Below, piece after piece: positions 17,098 through 25,392 of a DNA stretch of 46,235 bases (positions within the stretch are counted from its first letter, which is position 1; each line of letters opens with the position of its first letter). A program made the translations under genes and the position numbers. A model generated the notes under the pieces. That model was given only the letters and a program-made list of their open reading frames with translations, did no database searches and was not told where the DNA came from. The stretch is from positions 1-46,235 of the forward strand of contig JAJFHM010000086.1 in the NCBI GenBank assembly GCA_021775625.1. The letters are read 5' to 3'. This DNA comes from Hyphomicrobiales bacterium. Lineage in GTDB: Bacteria; Pseudomonadota; Alphaproteobacteria; Rhizobiales; JAJFHB01.

Positions 17098-17822
17098 TGG
17101 GGGCGGGCATGATCAGGGACGCCCAGGTAACCGCCATCATTCCCGTCCGCGGCGGCTCCAAGGGCATCCCGCGCAAGAACCTCCTGGAACTTGCTGGCGA
17201 CACGCTGCTCGAGCGCACCATCAAGTTCGCGAAAGCCTCAGCCCTCATCGAACGTATCGTCGTCACCACCGACGATCGCGAAATGCACGGGATAGCGCAA
17301 CGCCACGGCGTCGCTGCGCCCGACCTGCGCCCCGCTGACCTGGCCGGCGACGGGGCGACCAGTGATGCGGTTGTCGCCCATCTCATCGAGCAGGCCGCAA
17401 TTGCTCCGGGCCTCCTGTTGCTCCTGCAGGTGACCACACCGCTGCGGACGCTTGCCGATCTCGATCGTCTCGCCCAGGAATTCGAGGCCGCAGGCGATGC
17501 GGATGCCGCCGTCAGCCTGTGCCGCTACGAGGGCTCGCACCCGGCAAAGATGCTGCAGATCGATCAGGGGACAATCGCCCCCTTCATGCAGAACACCTAC
17601 ACCGGTCCCAGGCAGGCGTTGCCGGATGTCTATGTTCTGAACGGTGCGTTTTATCTCATCGACCGCGACGTGTTCCTGAAAGAGCGCAGCTTCCTGCCCG
17701 CCTGCACCATGCCCTTCGTCATGGAGAGTTCCCACTCCGCCAACCTCGACACACCGGAAGACTGGCAAATCCTCCAGGCCATGCTGGCCCAGGGCCACTG
17801 GACGGCGGAGCGTTACGGCTGA
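17097..17822 (+). CDS. neuA: acylneuraminate cytidylyltransferase (CMP-nonulosonate synthetase)
   Basis: AIIPVRGGSKGIPRKNL is the CTP-transferase_3 signature. ATG 17097 overlaps the neuC stop (TGATG). An alternative ATG lies at 17109. Confidence 0.88.
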   Translation: MGAGMIRDAQVTAIIPVRGGSKGIPRKNLLELAGDTLLERTIKFAKASALIERIVVTTDDREMHGIAQRHGVAAPDLRPADLAGDGATSDAVVAHLIEQAAIAPGLLLLLQVTTPLRTLADLDRLAQEFEAAGDADAAVSLCRYEGSHPAKMLQIDQGTIAPFMQNTYTGPRQALPDVYVLNGAFYLIDRDVFLKERSFLPACTMPFVMESSHSANLDTPEDWQILQAMLAQGHWTAERYG

Positions 17823-18178
17823 AGCCGGTTCTCGCCGTTTTATCGGCCAGGCTAAATCGTCTCCCCGAAGAATAATCTGCGTGCTTCTCCGGCTTAATAC
17901 GCGCGCTGCGCGCATTTGAATGCCAAGCGCAGACAGAGTGAGACGTGCCGCTGAGCCATTAAAAATATAAATTTGTACACGAATGAAATCGCATTGACGC
18001 AAACGGAGAACGTCCAGTCACTGTTACAATTCCGCCCGTTGATTTGCGGGTGCACGGGTTGCAGTCGCGGTGAAAAGCCGTCAGACTTCCGGTCACGGGC
18101 TCAGTGTTATGCCGGTGGACTGCCTTGACGCAGCCCCGGCGTCTGCTGGAGCCCGCAGTAACATCAGGGAGCAAATAA

Positions 18179-19147
18179 ATGAAATTCAAAAAAATTGGGC
18201 TTCTCGGCGCTGCCGTGGTTGGCACGTTCATGGCCACCAGCGCGGTTCAGGCCGAAACGTTCGTCACCATCGGCACCGGTGGGCAGACTGGCGTTTACTA
18301 CCAGGTTGGTGGCGCAATCTGCCGTTTGGTGAACAAGGGTACCGCCAAGCACGGCATCAAGTGCACCCACACAACCGGTGGTTCCGTGGGCAATATCAAC
18401 GGCATCCGCGCCGGTGATCTGGACATGGGTGTGGCCCAGTCGGACTGGCAGTATCATGCTTACAACGGATCCGCTCCCGATCAGTTCCCGGATGGAGCGT
18501 TCAAGGACTTGCGCGCGGTCTTCTCCGTGCATCCGGAACCCTTCACCGTGGTTGTTCGCACCGATTCCGGCATCAAGTCGTTTGACGACCTCAAGGGCAA
18601 GCGCGTCAATGTCGGCAATCCGGGCTCCGGCCAGCGCGGCACCATGGAAGTCGTGATGAAGAAAATGGGCTGGACCATGGGCGACTTCACGCTTGCTTCC
18701 GAGCTCAAGTCTTCCGAACAGTCAGCAGCGCTTTGCGACAACAAGATCGACGCTATGATCTTTACCGTCGGGCACCCCAACGGATCGATCCAGGAAGCCT
18801 CGACGTCCTGCGATTCCATGCTGGTGAATGCGGACAATGACGTGATCAAGAAGTTGGCGTCTGACAACGACTATTACGCCATGGCGACCATTCCCGGTGG
18901 CATGTACAAGGGCACCGACAACGACGTCACCACGTTTGGTGTGGGCGCAACCTTCGTTGCATCGACCAAAACGTCAGCCGACGTGGTCTATGAAATCGTC
19001 AAGGCCGTGTTCGAAGACATGAAGCGGTTCCGCAAGATGCATCCGGCATTCGGAAATCTCGATCCCGCATTGATGATCAAAAACAACCTTTCAGCGCCGC
19101 TGCATGAAGGTGCGGTTCGCTACTACAAAGAAAAAGGGATGATGTAA
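18179..19147 (+). CDS. TAXI-family TRAP transporter solute-binding subunit
   Basis: Signal peptide (MKFKKIGLLGAAVVGTFMATSAVQA), then (TIGTGGQTGVYYQVGGAIC ... GSVGNINGIRAGDLDMGVAQSDWQYHAY ... LHEGAVRYYKEKG). This is the TAXI / immunogenic-protein family pattern. Confidence 0.92.
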   Translation: MKFKKIGLLGAAVVGTFMATSAVQAETFVTIGTGGQTGVYYQVGGAICRLVNKGTAKHGIKCTHTTGGSVGNINGIRAGDLDMGVAQSDWQYHAYNGSAPDQFPDGAFKDLRAVFSVHPEPFTVVVRTDSGIKSFDDLKGKRVNVGNPGSGQRGTMEVVMKKMGWTMGDFTLASELKSSEQSAALCDNKIDAMIFTVGHPNGSIQEASTSCDSMLVNADNDVIKKLASDNDYYAMATIPGGMYKGTDNDVTTFGVGATFVASTKTSADVVYEIVKAVFEDMKRFRKMHPAFGNLDPALMIKNNLSAPLHEGAVRYYKEKGMM

Positions 19148-19163
19148 TCCTGATTTCGTATCC

Positions 19164-19205
19164 GGGAAGCGGGCGCGTGGGCGGCCGCTTCCCGTTGCTT
19201 TCTTG
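19164..19205 (+). terminator. intra-operon hairpin or partial terminator between the TAXI binding-protein and permease genes
   Basis: 9-bp stem GGGAAGCGG (19164-19172) / CCGCTTCCC (19185-19193), followed by the T-rich GTTGCTTTCTTGTG. This is a typical site for setting binding-protein to permease stoichiometry. Confidence 0.55.
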
Positions 19206-19238
19206 TGTGGGAAATTCTGGCGGCGGGGACAGTTTAAA

Positions 19239-22058
19239 ATGGCCGAGGACAAGGTTGCAAACGGCAAACTCAGCGATGACGAACTTGAAGATCTGGTAGC
19301 ATCTTCCGACACCGGGGGCAGGGCGCCAAGCAACGCCCGGATAGCTCTGCTCATTTCAGCGGTTGCGCTGGCCTGGGCGGTGTTCCAGGTCTGGATCGCC
19401 TCACCGTTGCCATTCTCAACCGGTTTCGGCGTCTTCTCCAGCCGCGAGGCGCGCCCCATCCATCTGGCCTTCGCGCTGTTTCTCGCCTATCTCGTCTTTC
19501 CGGCGTTCAAGTCTTCGCCGCGCAAGCATATCCCGGCCGTGGACTGGGCGATTGCCATCATCGCCAGCCTGTGCGCGATGTATCTCTTCATCTTCGACAG
19601 CAACATCGTCAAGACCATATTCGGCACCCGCCTGTCCGACCGGCCCAACAATCCCAATATGCCGGATGTGATCGCTGCGGTTGTTGGCATGATCTTGCTG
19701 CTGGAGGCCGCCCGCCGTGCCCTCGGCCCGCCTCTGGCGGTCGTCGCCATCGTCTTTCTCGCTTACACATTCCTGGGCCCATACGCGCCTGGGTTCCTGG
19801 CCTGGAAGGGTGCGAGTTTCAATGCGGTGGCCTATCATCAATGGATCTCCACGGAAGGCGTCTTCGGCATTGCTTTGGGTGTTTCGACCGACCTTGTGTT
19901 CCTGTTCGTGCTGTTTGGCGCCTTGCTGGATAAGGCCGGCGCCGGCAACTATTTCATCAAGGTGGCGTTCTCGCTGATGGGCCATTTCAGTGGCGGCCCC
20001 GCCAAGGCTGCCGTTGTCGCCTCGGGCATGACCGGGCTCATCTCCGGGTCATCGATCGCCAATGTTGTCACCACCGGAACGTTCACCATCCCGATGATGC
20101 GCCGGGTCGGTTTCACGGCGGAAAAGGCCGGCGCTGTCGAAGTGGCCTCGTCGGTCAACGGTCAGATCATGCCGCCGGTCATGGGCGCCGCCGCCTTCCT
20201 GATGGTGGAATATATCGGCATCTCCTATTTCGAAGTGGTCAAGCATGCCTTCGTGCCGGCGATCATTTCCTACATCGCCCTGGTCTACATCGTGCATCTG
20301 GAGGCTCAGAAGCAGGATATGAAGGGCTTGCCCCGTGCCGGCGAGCCGAAACCCCTCAAATGGGCGCTGTTGTCCTTCGGCATCACCATGGCAGTCATCA
20401 TGGCAATTGCCGGTGGCGTCTATTATCTCTTCGAGTTGTTCCAGATGCTGGGCACCCTTGAGAACAGGCTGCTTGCCGTTGTTATTGCTCTGGCAGCGCA
20501 GATCGCCGTTTTCTATCTGTTCGGCAAGCGGGCCAGTGAAGACCAGCGCATGAAGGCCATTTCGATCGGTGCCATGGTGTTGGCCAATGCAGTCATCGGC
20601 GCGTTCGGTATTTTTTATCTGGTCAATCTCATCGGGATGACCGGCGACGCTGCGCCGTGGATAATCGCTGCGATCATTATTGTCGCCTGTATCCTGCTGA
20701 TCCGGTTCTGTTCCGCACAGCCGGAACTGGAACTGGATGACCCCAATGAACCGGTCGTCCGGTTGCCAGAACCCGGGCCGACCATCAAGTCGGGCCTGCA
20801 TTTTCTGCTGCCTGTAGGCGTGCTGATCTGGTGTTTGATGGTGGAACGGCTGTCGCCCTCGCTGTCGGCCTTCTGGGCAACCGCTCTGATGATGCTGATC
20901 TTGCTGATCCAGCGGCCGCTGTTCGCCATGTTCCGGGCTGAAACGCCGAACGGTACGTTCCGGCGCGGTTTCGATGAGCTCATTCTGGGTATGATCGCCG
21001 GCGCCCGCAACATGATCGGCATCGGCATCGCCACGGCCGCGGCAGGCATTATCGTCGGCGCGGTCTCGCAGACCGGCGTCGGCGCGGTGCTGGCGGCACT
21101 GGTCGAGTTCCTGAGTCAGGGACAGATCATCCTGATCCTGATCTTCACCGCCATCCTCAGCCTTATACTGGGTATGGGCCTGCCGACCACGGCCAACTAC
21201 ATCGTCGTGTCATCGCTGCTGGCCCCGGTCATCGTGGCGCTGGGGCAGCAATCCGGCCTGATCGTTCCGCTCATTGCAGTCCACCTCTTCGTCTTCTATT
21301 TCGGCATCATGGCGGATGTGACGCCGCCCGTGGGGCTTGCATCCTTCGCCGCTGCGGCCGTTTCGGGCGGGGATCCGATCAGAACCGGCTTTGTAGCGTT
21401 CTTCTATTCCATGCGCACCGCCTTGCTGCCGTTCCTGTTCATCTTCAACACGGACCTGCTGTTGATCGATGTCACCTTCGTGCAGGGGATAGTGGTGTTC
21501 ATCGTCGCCACTGCGGCGATATTGGTCTTTACCGCCGGCATGCAGGGCTATTTCATATCCAAGTCGCGGATCTGGGAATCCCTGGCTCTGATCCTGATCG
21601 CCTTCACCCTGTTCCGTCCCGGGTTCTGGATGGATATGGTCTCACCTCCGTTCAAGGAAACCGACCCGGCAACGATTGTTCAAGTTATGGGTGATGCTGA
21701 ATCGGGCAGTAAGCTCAGGGTCATAGTCGACGGCCAGAACGATGTCGGCGAACCGGTGACGCTGACCATGATCATTGACGTCGGCGACGAGCCCACCGGT
21801 GCGGAACGTCTCGAAGCCTTCGGCCTGGAAATCCTCCAGGAGGACGGCAAGGTGATAGTGGACGGCGCCGCCTTCAATTCCAAGGCGCAGAAGTCCGGGT
21901 TCGATTTCGACCAGGTGATCTCGAAGCTGCTGGTTCCGGCTTCGCAGCCACTGAAGGAGCTATTGTACATTCCAGCCTTGTTGCTGCTGGGACTGATCTA
22001 CTTCTTACAACGCAGGCGCAGACGATCCGAGCCGTCCGCTGCACCCCAGGGAGCCTAG
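19239..22058 (+). CDS. TAXI-type TRAP transporter fused (DctQ-DctM-like) permease with a C-terminal DUF3394-like extracytoplasmic domain
   Basis: About 940-aa polytopic protein with DctM-type motifs (GGPAKAAVVASGMTGLISGSSIANVVTTGTFTIPMM, IMPPVMGAAAF, FGIMADVTPPVGLASFAAA). The soluble tail follows the last TM helix. I prefer ATG 19239 (MAEDKV) to TTG 19203. Confidence 0.92.
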   Translation: MAEDKVANGKLSDDELEDLVASSDTGGRAPSNARIALLISAVALAWAVFQVWIASPLPFSTGFGVFSSREARPIHLAFALFLAYLVFPAFKSSPRKHIPAVDWAIAIIASLCAMYLFIFDSNIVKTIFGTRLSDRPNNPNMPDVIAAVVGMILLLEAARRALGPPLAVVAIVFLAYTFLGPYAPGFLAWKGASFNAVAYHQWISTEGVFGIALGVSTDLVFLFVLFGALLDKAGAGNYFIKVAFSLMGHFSGGPAKAAVVASGMTGLISGSSIANVVTTGTFTIPMMRRVGFTAEKAGAVEVASSVNGQIMPPVMGAAAFLMVEYIGISYFEVVKHAFVPAIISYIALVYIVHLEAQKQDMKGLPRAGEPKPLKWALLSFGITMAVIMAIAGGVYYLFELFQMLGTLENRLLAVVIALAAQIAVFYLFGKRASEDQRMKAISIGAMVLANAVIGAFGIFYLVNLIGMTGDAAPWIIAAIIIVACILLIRFCSAQPELELDDPNEPVVRLPEPGPTIKSGLHFLLPVGVLIWCLMVERLSPSLSAFWATALMMLILLIQRPLFAMFRAETPNGTFRRGFDELILGMIAGARNMIGIGIATAAAGIIVGAVSQTGVGAVLAALVEFLSQGQIILILIFTAILSLILGMGLPTTANYIVVSSLLAPVIVALGQQSGLIVPLIAVHLFVFYFGIMADVTPPVGLASFAAAAVSGGDPIRTGFVAFFYSMRTALLPFLFIFNTDLLLIDVTFVQGIVVFIVATAAILVFTAGMQGYFISKSRIWESLALILIAFTLFRPGFWMDMVSPPFKETDPATIVQVMGDAESGSKLRVIVDGQNDVGEPVTLTMIIDVGDEPTGAERLEAFGLEILQEDGKVIVDGAAFNSKAQKSGFDFDQVISKLLVPASQPLKELLYIPALLLLGLIYFLQRRRRRSEPSAAPQGA

Positions 22059-22065
22059 TCGCCAC

Positions 22066-22494
22066 ATGAACATCTTTCGCAGAGTGCTTGCCGCGGTCGA
22101 TCTCAGTCAGGAGGAGGGCTCGGTACGGGTGCTGGCTGCCGCCTGTGAGACCCTTGAAGAAGGCGATACCCTGCATATCGTCACTGTTGTGCCAGACTTT
22201 GGCATGAGCATTGTGGGCTCGTTCTTTCCCGCCGATCACGAAGGCAAGATGGTGGCGGGCGCACAGGATGCCCTGCATGCCTTTACCGAAAAACATTTGC
22301 CGAAAGGCCTCTCGAAGCAGCATATCGTCGCCCATGGCAACATCTATGAGGAAATCCTCGACGCTGCTGACACGGTCGCAGCGGACCTTATCGTGGTCGG
22401 AACCCATCCGGCATCGCCCCGGGACTATATTCTGGGTCCGAACGCGGAACGCATAACCCGCCATGCCAAGTGTTCTGTTTTGGCGGTGAGGTAA
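22066..22494 (+). CDS. universal stress protein (UspA family)
   Basis: 142 aa with (RVLAAVDLS ... LHIVTV ... ADLIVVGTH ... LGPNAERITRHAKCSVLAVR). It starts 8 nt after the permease stop. Confidence 0.9.
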   Translation: MNIFRRVLAAVDLSQEEGSVRVLAAACETLEEGDTLHIVTVVPDFGMSIVGSFFPADHEGKMVAGAQDALHAFTEKHLPKGLSKQHIVAHGNIYEEILDAADTVAADLIVVGTHPASPRDYILGPNAERITRHAKCSVLAVR

Positions 22495-22552
22495 CGCCGC
22501 CAAAATGCTCCTGCCGATGGACGGGCGCCAGCCCTTGGTATAAGACGGCAGC

Positions 22553-25150
22553 ATGGTAACGAGCGACGATTGGGTCGCCCAGCATGCACAACGGGCAAGC
22601 CTTCCGGGGCTGAAACGGGGCGCGGACGGCTCCCGCACGCCGGTTGGCTGGGCAGGACGGCTGAGCGCGGTTCTGGCCACCGCGTGGGTCAGCTTCACGC
22701 TTTATTCCGAACTGGGCGTTGCCACCTGGCTGCAGGACACCGTTGCGGGCTCAATTGCACAATATACCGGCTGGACCATCAGCTTCCTGCCCGCCGAACT
22801 GGATGCCCGTCTCGCACATGTGATTGTCGCAATCTGTCTTGCAGGGTTGGTATTTCCGCTGCTCAAGACGAGCCCACGCGCCGTAGTGCCACTCTATGAT
22901 TGGGTGCTGATCCTGATTGCCCTGGGTGCGGCGGCCTATCTCGTGGCGTTCCGGTCCGATATTGAAACGCGCATAGGGCTTTTGCTGCGCATCGACTTCG
23001 TCGCCGCAGTGGCCGGCCTGTTTGTTTTTTGCCTGTCCCTGTTCCGCACCGTGGGCGGGCCGGCGGCCGTGATCGCCATGGGGTTCATGGCATTCGCAAT
23101 GTTGGGCACAACATCCTTTGCGCCAGGGGCGGTGAGTTGGGATCTGGGGGCAACGCAACAGGCCATGCGGGGAATTTGGCTTGGCACCTCGGGTGTGTTC
23201 GGCCGGCCACTCGAGATTGCAATTGGCCTCTTGTTCCCGTTTGTCCTGTTTGGAACCATCTGGGTCAGGGCGGGAGCCGGGACCTATCTCGCCACTGTCG
23301 CCACATCGTGTTTTGGAGATGCCCCGGGCGGGTCGGCCAAAGCCGCGGTCACAGGCTCGCTGCTCAGCGGATGTTATTCACCATCGGCAACGGCGGATGC
23401 GGGGCATCGCGGTCCGTTTAGTGCGAAGTTGATGATGCACACCGGTGTTGCGGCCGACAAGGCAGCGACCGTCCAGGAGGCGGCATCTTCATATGCCCAG
23501 GTGCTGCCGCCGGTGATGGGGGCAGCGATCATTCTCATCGCCGCCCAGTCCGGACTTCCCATTGCGAACATTGTACTACACGCCCTGCTGCCCGGCATCA
23601 TGGCGTACATCGTGTTGTTCTGTTTCCTGCAATTCGATGCCCGGCGCACCGGCGTCGGCGGGCTTCCGGTCCGGCCCGTGAGCCCGAACCGGACAAGAAA
23701 CATTCTGACCCTGGTTTTCTGGTGCGCCGCCACGGCGGGCCTGGCGATTGCCGCACTCAACGGACTTGCCTGGCTGCGCCGAGAGATGCCGGACTGGGAA
23801 CTCAACGTCACGGCGGCGGCATGGTCGGCGATCTTTCTTGCGCTGGTATGGATCGCATCGCGCCGTCCCGATATGGCCGAGGAGCATCCTGATGCGCCGG
23901 TTGCGGAAATCGCACCGGTCGGGGCAGCACTTGCCAGCGGATTGTATTTGCTGCTGCCATTGTTCTTTCTGGCCGTCCAGATTGCCGGCGCCCATCGCCC
24001 GCCCGGTCAGTCGATGCTGCTATGCGCCGCGATGGCCGCCTCAATCGCTGTGGTCCAGCATCCGTTAAAGGCCCTGTTCCGGGGACAGTACGGTTACATG
24101 GCAACCGCCATCCGGAGGGGGTTGAAGGATGTGTTTGCGGCCATCGTTCAGGCGGGCCGTTACATGTGCCCGGTCATGATCGCCTCGGCCGCCGCCGGCA
24201 TTGTGCTGGCATCGGCCGGCCTCGCCGGAATTGATCAATGGCTGTTGACGGCGGTGGAGCAGTTGTCCAACCGGCATGTTCTGCTCGGGCTGGCGCTTGC
24301 AGCGGTCGCGGTGCTGTTGCTGGCAACAGGTCTGCCGACGGCGACGGGATATTTCCTTGCTGCCGTTCTCGTCGTGCCGGCCATAACCCTGAACACCACG
24401 GCGGACGGTCTCGTTGTCCCCGCTGTCGCACTTCACCTGTTCGTGCTTTATCTCTGCGTCTTTGCCAGTCATCCGCCGCCGCGCCTTGCGAAGGCCGCTC
24501 TGGTATTTGTGCCATTTCTGTTTCTGGCCAACACGGATCTGCTGTTGCTTGATGTGGCGCCCAAACAGGTTCCCATAATCGTTATCACCGCTGTGCTGGG
24601 CGCCGTCGCCCTGGCCGCGGCATTGCAACGCTACATGCTGGTGGCCAACCGCATGTGGGAAACCGCGGCACTCACTCTCATTGCCTTCACCCTGTTCAAC
24701 CCGGGCTTCTGGCTTGACCGGGTGCAGCATCCATTTGACGAGGTGGCGCCGGCACGCATCTTCGCCACTGCAAAGGCGTTGCCGGAAGATGCCATTCTCA
24801 ACCTGACGGTGCGCGGGCCGGCAAAGGGCGGCGGTGGCGAAATCAAATCCGCCGATATCAGAGTTCTGCTCGAGGATGCGCCTTCCGGCGCCGGGCGTCT
24901 CGAAAACGCCGGCCTGACGATATTTCTCGATGGAGACCGTGCCATCGTCGAAGCGCCGTTTCCCGATACGGAGTTCTCGCATCTCACCACAGTGTTTGAC
25001 TTTGAGGCAGATGCCGGCGTTGAAGTGAGCATCATTCGGCTGCCGGCGGAAAACCGGTTGGCCAAGGATATTTTCTACATTCCCGCCCTTGCGCTGTTCG
25101 TCATCATCTGGCTGCTGCACCGCCGCCGCCTGCGCAGGGGTTTCATCTGA
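22553..25150 (+). CDS. divergent TAXI-type TRAP fused-permease paralogue with eroded DctM signature motifs
   Basis: 865-aa intact ORF, colinear with the 19239..22058 product (AGAGTYLATV, GGSAKAAVTGSLLSG, LPPVMGAAIILIA, ANTDLLLLDV, DUF3394-like tail). The conserved GSSIANVVTTGTFTIPMM and MADVTPPVGL regions are replaced or deleted. Confidence 0.8.
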   Translation: MVTSDDWVAQHAQRASLPGLKRGADGSRTPVGWAGRLSAVLATAWVSFTLYSELGVATWLQDTVAGSIAQYTGWTISFLPAELDARLAHVIVAICLAGLVFPLLKTSPRAVVPLYDWVLILIALGAAAYLVAFRSDIETRIGLLLRIDFVAAVAGLFVFCLSLFRTVGGPAAVIAMGFMAFAMLGTTSFAPGAVSWDLGATQQAMRGIWLGTSGVFGRPLEIAIGLLFPFVLFGTIWVRAGAGTYLATVATSCFGDAPGGSAKAAVTGSLLSGCYSPSATADAGHRGPFSAKLMMHTGVAADKAATVQEAASSYAQVLPPVMGAAIILIAAQSGLPIANIVLHALLPGIMAYIVLFCFLQFDARRTGVGGLPVRPVSPNRTRNILTLVFWCAATAGLAIAALNGLAWLRREMPDWELNVTAAAWSAIFLALVWIASRRPDMAEEHPDAPVAEIAPVGAALASGLYLLLPLFFLAVQIAGAHRPPGQSMLLCAAMAASIAVVQHPLKALFRGQYGYMATAIRRGLKDVFAAIVQAGRYMCPVMIASAAAGIVLASAGLAGIDQWLLTAVEQLSNRHVLLGLALAAVAVLLLATGLPTATGYFLAAVLVVPAITLNTTADGLVVPAVALHLFVLYLCVFASHPPPRLAKAALVFVPFLFLANTDLLLLDVAPKQVPIIVITAVLGAVALAAALQRYMLVANRMWETAALTLIAFTLFNPGFWLDRVQHPFDEVAPARIFATAKALPEDAILNLTVRGPAKGGGGEIKSADIRVLLEDAPSGAGRLENAGLTIFLDGDRAIVEAPFPDTEFSHLTTVFDFEADAGVEVSIIRLPAENRLAKDIFYIPALALFVIIWLLHRRRLRRGFI

Positions 25151-25217
25151 TTGACGCCAGCGGCCGCACTTCGTGCTTTGGTTTAACTCGCCTGTTCGCC
25201 GACGTTGAATCGGTTTG

Positions 25218-25256
25218 TTAAGGTCTTGTTAAGCATGTTTGTTAACCTGATGTTAA
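25218..25256 (+). promoter_or_regulatory. two tandem CtrA-box-like sites (TTAA-N7-TTAA) formed by four phased TGTTAA repeats
   Basis: Site 1 is TTAA(25218-21)-ggtcttg-TTAA(25229-32). Site 2 is TTAA(25242-45)-cctgatg-TTAAC(25253-57). Repeat starts are spaced 11, 13 and 11 bp apart. The array lies in a low-GC gap between two convergent genes. Confidence 0.45.
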
Positions 25257-25277
25257 CTCTTAGGAGGCGGTTAAAAA

Positions 25278-25322
25278 ATGAGTGTAATCAGATGGTTGGA
25301 TATTATTTCGGAAGCGAAATAA
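25278..25322 (+). CDS. candidate 14-codon small ORF (MSVIRWLDIISEAK)
   Basis: A perfect AGGAGG (25263-25268) lies 9 nt upstream of ATG 25278, and the ORF ends at TAA 25320-25322. There is no other evidence of translation, so this may instead be part of a small RNA. Confidence 0.2.
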   Translation: MSVIRWLDIISEAK

Positions 25323-25392
25323 AGCGTAGGCTGCAGAAAATTCGGATGTTTGCGACCCCGATTCACCGGGTCGGTCAGACGGCAATTTCCAA

